7,422 bases of DNA from an uncultured archaeon (lineage in GTDB: Archaea; Iainarchaeota; Iainarchaeia; Iainarchaeales; 0-14-0-20-30-16), in assembly GCA_964565125.1 (NCBI GenBank), contig CAZMCX010000036.1, positions 1-7,422 of the forward strand, written 5' to 3'. Made by a program: the position numbers and the translations under genes. Shown piece by piece: positions 6,001-7,422 of the stretch. The notes beneath the pieces are model-generated. The model made no database searches and was not told the DNA's origin. It saw only the letters and a program-made list of their open reading frames with translations. The number at the start of each line of letters is the position of its first letter. Position 1 is the stretch's first letter.

Positions 6001-7196
6001 AATCTATAAGGAACATTTTCTCCAACATCGTATTGATAAAGTCCTGGTTCAGCCAACTGACCTGTTGCTTCTTCAATATTATTTTTATAAACTTTAATTA
6101 CTGCTTGTTTAACTAGATTTCCTAAGGTATCTTTTATAATCAGCTTTATTGAACCCACTGTTTTTTTGTTCAACTTTATAATTGCGCTTATAGTTTCATC
6201 TGTTCCAACGCCTTTAGTAAAGTTATTTTCAGAGAATGATGGTGCATTTGTGTATTCTGGAGCATAAACCCCCTCTAAATCGCTAACAACAAGATAATAT
6301 GTTGCATCCGAAGGAACTTCCAAAGTAACAACACCAGATGCTTGAGTAATTCCTGATGCTACTTTCAAATTATATTCTGATTTCATTGCTTGAACAGAAG
6401 CATTTGCTTTGGGATTTCCATCCGCATCTAAAACTGTCACATTAATATATCCAAATCCGCCTTTTGCTTCTTCAACAGTTACAAAAGGAGTTACTTCATC
6501 TAAAGAGAATGTTTTTGAAGCATAATTGGGGGATGATAGTGTAACAACTAATTGTCCACAATCTATTGAAATATCATTTAATGTTGCCTTTCCTTCTGAG
6601 GTGCTTACTTCTGCCAAATAATTACTATTATCAGTACAAGTTACCATTGCATCAACATTTCCACTAAATAGTGTCTGGCCTGTTTCATCTTTTCCATCAT
6701 AAAAGAAGATAGTCTTTGATATTACTCCGCCTTTGTATTCCAACTCAATTATGGAGTTCTGTCCATTTTTTTCAATTTTTACTATTTCTTCTAACAACTT
6801 GTAATCGGGGTCTGATATTGCTAAAGGAATTATACTTCCTATATTAGCACCAAAAGAAAGCTTTCCGCTCTTATCTGTAATAACATTTAAAGTTGTTCCA
6901 TTATCAAGCAATATTTTTACTTCTAACCCGTCTACAAGCATATTTCTGCTTATATCCTTAAAAGTTAGGGAAACTGTTGCTTGATCAGGTCCAAAGCCAA
7001 CTGTTAAGGCAACTATACCCCATACAATTAAAGCAAGGATTATCAAACAAAATATCATAAAAACTGGGAAGCCGGCAATTCCTTTATTATGAAGCCAGTC
7101 ATCAACTTTGTACAAAGGGATTCCTTTGGAATCCAACCAATCTAAGAAATTATAGTATTTTTCTTCTAAACCAAAATAGAAATCTTTTAGACCCAT
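1..7196 (-). CDS. Giant membrane-anchored multi-domain cell-surface protein (adhesin-like or envelope-associated). At least 2,398 aa; the 3' end (C-terminus) runs off the window at position 1. No enzymatic motif recognised.
   Basis: Hand translation of the reverse complement starts at ATG 7196..7194 (MGLKDFYFGLEEKYYNFLDWLDSKGIPLYKVDDWLHNKGIAGFPVFMIFCLIILALIVWGIVALTVGFGPDQ...). It stays open for 2,398 codons down to position 3, with 2 nt of the next codon at 2..1 (...SKYCIVVDDSTMKIWVND-). The frame was cross-checked at independent anchors: TTC F43 at 7070, AAT N1311 at 3266, CAG Q1427 at 2918. All satisfy (7196-x) mod 3 = 0. An in-frame TAG lies upstream at 7334..7332. The ATG is preceded by AGGTG with a 7-nt spacer. 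The product is non-repetitive and domain-structured. Arg is encoded only by AGA/AGG; no CGN codon was seen. Confidence 0.93.
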   Translation of the reverse strand, partial: MGLKDFYFGLEEKYYNFLDWLDSKGIPLYKVDDWLHNKGIAGFPVFMIFCLIILALIVWGIVALTVGFGPDQATVSLTFKDISRNMLVDGLEVKILLDNGTTLNVITDKSGKLSFGANIGSIIPLAISDPDYKLLEEIVKIEKNGQNSIIELEYKGGVISKTIFFYDGKDETGQTLFSGNVDAMVTCTDNSNYLAEVSTSEGKATLNDISIDCGQLVVTLSSPNYASKTFSLDEVTPFVTVEEAKGGFGYINVTVLDADGNPKANASVQAMKSEYNLKVASGITQASGVVTLEVPSDATYYLVVSDLEGVYAPEYTNAPSFSENNFTKGVGTDETISAIIKLNKKTVGSIKLIIKDTLGNLVKQAVIKVYKNNIEEATGQLAEPGLYQYDVGENVPYRFVIDAENFMLEEVDNLFASESVYTVTLKPIKQSPELVVLVNGTDNEPVYNASVQLFTVDKQALLLTKTTDVAGGVSFNNLSAGKNYYVKVVKGNFSADSQPITLSGKVNNIITVKLNIGYGDLTIKAVNKDNLPVQGAEITIYDITTDVKLNQAPLYTDETGSVYYTLRADKVVYVKIVKDTSVFYSLPVQANVDIAKEVVGYIYDKPANLGMDLISVYDLQGSKIESSPKPIIQGTDYLAYFLLRVPEGLAYDELGIFFKADDALILEKSQMYIKSLEFYNASVKMGTTYSPPNGFADDMQNLTSKEGLWAIASTTKVQPGNYLVKVVFNTTSAEKSLLSLNYRSWLKKGSTYVREPFDSELGTSASADKDGFYAKTNQTLFKMGNAVCSGTICSEVVVSGEGTKQKVVDNVFAKLNGVYNIDIIMKSISVKEYSNVTLNIESVNKGIDFKVKSFSIGGKSVSPQNKATSVSVGAINVNSSFSVSATLEFMAMKEGQNIIKLSLTGDDGTVIYERTLIVDVQPSQELLLDIVPSTIVPYVENNLSVKAVSIDVNEPIADALANLFIEGKLVSSVKTDYDGFALFNIPALGVGTKVMLQVMASGYKKVEQEIIVSENILMTDVPELTITLDRSISDIVEGSLNITNLTPLKLKISKLYVVDGAFKEFLKFDFKKKYDGMFLVNDTNTMSIEYKAELTKGKNLLEPKEFETKMMIELEASGLGYKWNMSLPVKFYIKLAGGVDSTDCLKLKPLTDTEDEIWQILMSKEKEKTSMQFEIENSCKSNAQDVYLYNPNMELVWKGKVLGEFYADSVKLGKKGVALSSEAGTSSNVLAPGTTEIAFDFISLGDVVSGKSDVTLRIKAQNPTNNGLQEVKGEAKAQVVISILKKCLQVVSAQGSGMQVNGVPVVILNANNFGMMGFSGAGQGFGNMMGMNSLGAGSMLGGNNVFNTPYFTQTGAGLANRPGAVAQNNWAMNSMNPNMAFQTQGYNPLMQQQMMQQQQMMGGYGAGMGYQNQMYGGAALPSMAALQIRNTCEFPVQLELQAMPQLWIESPSISLAAGQTGSFKISATSVVGQYAVYIMAGVNSGLMMPISQIPVIVRDFMNETSNDCFVIEGGKTIDFSDMGLTPAYKTVRMWNKCYARGLTMDKAEPVAYNNLLMIDEITGQPKNPAGGSTEFFYATAKTIGTPEPTTYSGIMAEKFQVMFSKNTDILKSGKEIPETPDTLSGNTDVLSALRGVAAQTQALVKMPALLTFKYNLSYTPKSSSILVYIKDSANWLGLAAKLSGHYLEGDPGCGPDEWGNFINEQLKVAEDVKNDMFSNNEYISESITVMEVSKNCFGSMDKIKYFGSLESDVPTSDGVEQIHVTIVPGTNGQTITVKFRKPMVLAKGPHQVKVDFQGKVIKTGSKATKTVQFTLTANLYGDNKADKSSGTITTDMIKDEEQETGGAGTTAGSEAETKCYSLYGNVGLYLNNKVYSDVKYEWLPNTISNGFCKIKEDPYKGEGYFCDQYQFTASLNKAYQDISGLLTGASKTVKDIVSKAATASKTDKGFVKSENSLLGYVGFLTDKYDLSSLKNSMEAMAKGGKIDLDSAKSAVEGMTKCYFTDAAGACTGTVQHPDKNRFYVKVSGATVCKKANTGKTLKQNYISIDSDATCYLKMTDVLSANWGKTWNDVAKSISTGQTVMLFYADDPWTPLEIERFITALGDNGKVGDLTAANLRNVLFKANLMLGKYGAEFYADNFMTGYTIDTAKRIKLISGKTMDKSGTYFVEIQKSDDGNFVFVPTMIEGTEKTKMIYKFPIELPVTHGRTITFKGKLVVDKLSATDLNVDGTQGDYEVKENNDKLLNGVVFDLSQGTIINNKNIKYLALLTTDLSKVGELKFSTSNGGSQNALWVPKGMLVSSDNKKSTGQASGEATTVFYANANKSWSDVLETQRGKLKYKISAGDKSYTGSLISTPSPTYLDVGYNGIVNAFRDSSRGSSKYCIVVDDSTMKIWVND
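546..1073 (-). other. Copy B (aa 2042-2217) of the same diverged module
   Basis: KQNYISIDSDATCYLKMTDVLSANWGKTWNDVAKSISTG...ADDPWTPLEIERFITAL...GKTMDKSGTYFVEIQKSDDGNFVFVPTMIEGTEKTKMIYKFPIELPVTHGRTITFKGKLV. Landmarks shared with copy A, in the same order: K-x-N, Y-[IL]-K, SANW, AK-x-[SI], [GD]DP, E-x-x-x-FI, MDK...YF, [SD]DG, [IM]-x-GT, [VY]KF, and H-x-x-x-[VI]-x-F-x-GK-[VL]-[IV]. Confidence 0.5.
1794..2240 (-). other. Copy A (aa 1653-1801) of a diverged internally duplicated module of unknown function
   Basis: KYNLSYTPKSSSILVYIKDSANWLGLAAKLSG...EGDPGCGPDEWGNFINEQL...GSMDKIKYFGSLESDVPTSDGVEQIHVTIVPGTNGQTITVKFRKPMVLAKGPHQVKVDFQGKVI. It aligns by eye with copy B. Confidence 0.5.
2586..3767 (-). 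other. Three consecutive Ig/PapD-like beta-sandwich modules, each bracketed by a Cys pair with the signature [DK]-C-h-x-h ... h-x-h-x-N-x-C
   Basis: Pair 1: TDCLKLK (C1144, 3767..3765) and FEIENSC (C1179), 34 residues between. Pair 2: KKCLQVV (C1287, 3338..3336) and LQIRNTC (C1432, 2903..2901), 144 residues between. Pair 3: NDCFVIE (C1508) and VRMWNKC (C1537, 2588..2586), 28 residues between. Downstream strands have a PapD/ASH-like look, for example WIESPSISLAAGQTGSFKISATSVVGQYAVYI. A Cys-less equivalent (GSLNITNLTPLKLKI) lies just upstream at aa 1038-1052. The fold assignment is by eye only. Confidence 0.45.
2916..3266 (-). repeat. Low-complexity, almost uncharged M/Q/G/N-rich (prion-like) segment of the giant protein, aa 1311-1427
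   Basis: Verified codon by codon: NNFGMMGFSGAGQGFGNMMGMNSLGAGSMLGGNNVFNTPYFTQTGAGLANRPGAVAQNNWAMNSMNPNMAFQTQGYNPLMQQQMMQQQQMMGGYGAGMGYQNQMYGGAALPSMAALQ. My counts in 117 aa are 22 G, 17 M, 15 Q and 14 N. R1361 is the only charged residue; there is no D, E, K or H. The rest of the protein is K/D/E-rich. Confidence 0.9.
4152..4433 (-). other. Additional isolated prealbumin-like (CarboxypepD_reg-like) module, aa 922-1015
   Basis: NLSVKAVSIDVNEPIADALANLFIEGKLVSSVKTDYDGFALFNIPALGVGTKVMLQVMASGYKKVEQEIIV carries the same signature, including T-D-x-x-G-x-h-x-h and a terminal S-G-Y. Confidence 0.55.
5397..6980 (-). other. Tandem array of about 6 prealbumin-like (CarboxypepD_reg/PEGA-like) beta-sandwich modules, aa 73-600
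   Basis: A pattern of about 85-90 aa recurs: h-h-V-x-D-x-x-[GN]-x-P-h-x-x-A-x-V...T-D-x-x-G-x-h-x-h...G-x-Y-x-h-x-V-x-x-x-G-[YF]. Examples:
- INVTVLDADGNPKANASVQAM...ASGVVTLEVPSDATYYLVVSDLEGVY
- LVVLVNGTDNEPVYNASVQLF...TDVAGGVSFNNLSAGKNYYVKVVKGNFS
- LTIKAVNKDNLPVQGAEITIY...TDETGSVYYTLRADKVVYVKIVKDTSVF
- IKLIIKDTLGNLVKQAVIKVY...
The family was assigned by eye from this signature. No profile search was run. Confidence 0.6.
6996..7070 (-). other. Single N-terminal transmembrane signal-anchor helix (aa 43-67) of the giant protein
   Basis: FPVFMIFCLIILALIVWGIVALTVGF is about 25 consecutive apolar residues. It follows a 42-aa charged, amphipathic segment, which is too long for a classical Sec n-region. 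I saw no other comparably hydrophobic stretch in the 2,398 aa. The implied topology is N-in, C-out. Confidence 0.85.
7074..7142 (-). other. Duplicated DWLxxKGI motif in the cytoplasmic N-terminal tail (aa 19-27 and 33-41)
   Basis: GAT TGG TTG GAT TCC AAA GGA ATC CCT encodes DWLDSKGIP. GAC TGG CTT CAT AAT AAA GGA ATT GCC encodes DWLHNKGIA. The two copies are 14 aa apart, and the second ends two residues before the TM helix. Confidence 0.7.
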
Positions 7197-7203
7197 AACA
7201 TCA

Positions 7204-7208
7204 CACCT
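7204..7208 (-). promoter_or_regulatory. Shine-Dalgarno-like ribosome-binding site (AGGTG) for the giant CDS
   Basis: The minus strand reads ...GAAATATAGGTGTGATGTTATGGGT. AGGTG (7208->7204) matches the GGAGGTGA core complementary to the 16S 3' end and sits 7 nt upstream of ATG 7196. The nearby ATG at 7201..7199 is out of frame and hits TAA after 4 codons. Confidence 0.6.
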
Positions 7209-7242
7209 ATATTTCAAGTCGTTGTTAAATAGACTACATAAG

Positions 7243-7276
7243 TATTTATATATATTAACTTTAAAAACATATACAA
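7243..7276 (-). promoter_or_regulatory. Candidate promoter. Either an archaeal-type TATA box (TTAATATATATAAATA, 7258->7243) with an A-rich BRE-like flank (AAAG), or a bacterial TTGTAT (-35, 7276->7271) with TATATA (-10).
   Basis: The minus strand reads GATAATTGTATATGTTTTTAAAGTTAATATATATAAATACTTATG. TATATAAA is centred near 7248. A transcription start about 26 nt downstream (near 7222) would give a leader of about 26 nt containing the SD. Under a sigma70 reading, TTGTAT lies 16 or 18 nt from TATATA. The sequence does not distinguish the two models. Confidence 0.4.
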
Positions 7277-7338
7277 TTATCTTTCTGTCGCAATAACAGG
7301 TAATGATTCTTAAGTCGAAGCTGGTGACAAGCTAATTT

Positions 7339-7422
7339 TCAAACCTTGTTCTTTATAAATATGTTATTTTTTCTTAAATATGTATAAACCGTTTTATTTT
7401 TATTAATCATTTCAAACCCCCC
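7339..7422 (-). CDS. Possible 3' tail of an upstream co-directional gene, open from the right window edge. Alternatively a 23-aa basic mini-ORF starting at ATG 7410.
   Basis: The minus frame from 7422 reads GGG GGG TTT GAA ATG ATT AAT AAA AAT AAA ACG GTT TAT ACA TAT TTA AGA AAA AAT AAC ATA TTT ATA AAG AAC AAG GTT TGA, with the stop at 7341..7339. That is 27 sense codons with no stop in stop-rich AT-rich DNA. A G6 run lies 6 nt before the internal ATG. The frame is too short for any homology or composition argument. Confidence 0.25.
   Translation of the reverse strand, partial: GGFEMINKNKTVYTYLRKNNIFIKNKV

Noticed and set aside
6161-6772. A7 homopolymer tracts on the coding strand (T7 at 6161..6167 and 6766..6772) as phase-variation switches
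   Set aside because: Seven-base A/T runs are expected by chance in a 7-kb AT-rich, Lys/Asn-rich gene. They are shorter than typical contingency tracts, and I have no evidence of length heterogeneity.
3792-6980. Many N-x-S/T sequons (about 24 counted, e.g. NGT, NVT, NAS, NFT, NLS, NIT, NLT) as evidence for heavy N-glycosylation
   Set aside because: With roughly 8% Asn and about 14% Ser+Thr in this protein, the chance expectation is about the same number (about 25). There is therefore no demonstrable enrichment. Glycosylation remains possible but the counts do not support it.
7215-7217. Alternative in-frame TTG start 7 codons upstream of the ATG
   Set aside because: It would place the AGGTG SD inside the coding region, and no SD lies upstream of it. 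ATG 7196 has the proper SD spacing. No in-frame ATG or GTG occurs between the TAG at 7334..7332 and 7196.
7319-7333. AGCT...AGCT (agctggtgacaagct) as a terminator hairpin for the upstream frame
   Set aside because: The stem is only 4 bp, made of a self-complementary tetranucleotide, and no adjacent T-tract follows on the minus strand. That is too weak for an intrinsic terminator.
1-7422. rRNA, tRNA, CRISPR arrays, IS elements or transposase genes, integrase genes
   Set aside because: I saw no GC-rich structured segment, no regularly spaced direct repeats and no terminal inverted repeats. The single giant CDS accounts for all but 226 nt of the window.

Overview
The window is essentially one gene. 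On the minus strand, one uninterrupted reading frame runs from an ATG at 7196..7194 to the left edge of the window: 2,398 complete codons plus 2 nt, with no stop reached. It encodes a giant protein from a gene longer than 7.2 kb, and the window cuts off its C-terminus. The supplied ORF track does not list this frame, presumably because it is open-ended. All eight + strand ORFs in the track lie antisense inside it and look like shadow ORFs.

Architecture read by hand translation:
- aa 1-42: cytoplasmic tail with a duplicated DWLxxKGI motif.
- aa 43-67: one hydrophobic signal-anchor helix.
- aa 73-600: six to seven tandem prealbumin-like (CarboxypepD_reg/PEGA-like) beta-sandwich modules.
- aa 601-921: unassigned beta-rich modules.
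- aa 922-1015: one more prealbumin-like module.
- aa ~1020-1600: Ig/PapD-like modules, three of them bracketed by a Cys pair.
- aa 1311-1427: a 117-aa M/Q/G/N-rich segment with almost no charged residues, apparently inserted into one of those Cys-bracketed loops.
- aa ~1650-2398+: a C-terminal half containing a diverged internal duplication and a Cys-rich region.

I recognised no catalytic motif. The best reading is a membrane-anchored surface adhesin or envelope protein of a low-GC prokaryote. DPANN-archaeon-like or CPR-bacterium-like lineages are plausible but cannot be resolved from this window.

The remaining 226 nt (7197..7422) hold an AGGTG ribosome-binding site, an AT-rich TATA or -10-like promoter element, and a short frame open from the right edge that may be the tail of an upstream co-directional gene. 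I saw no RNA genes, CRISPR arrays, mobile elements or long nucleotide repeats.
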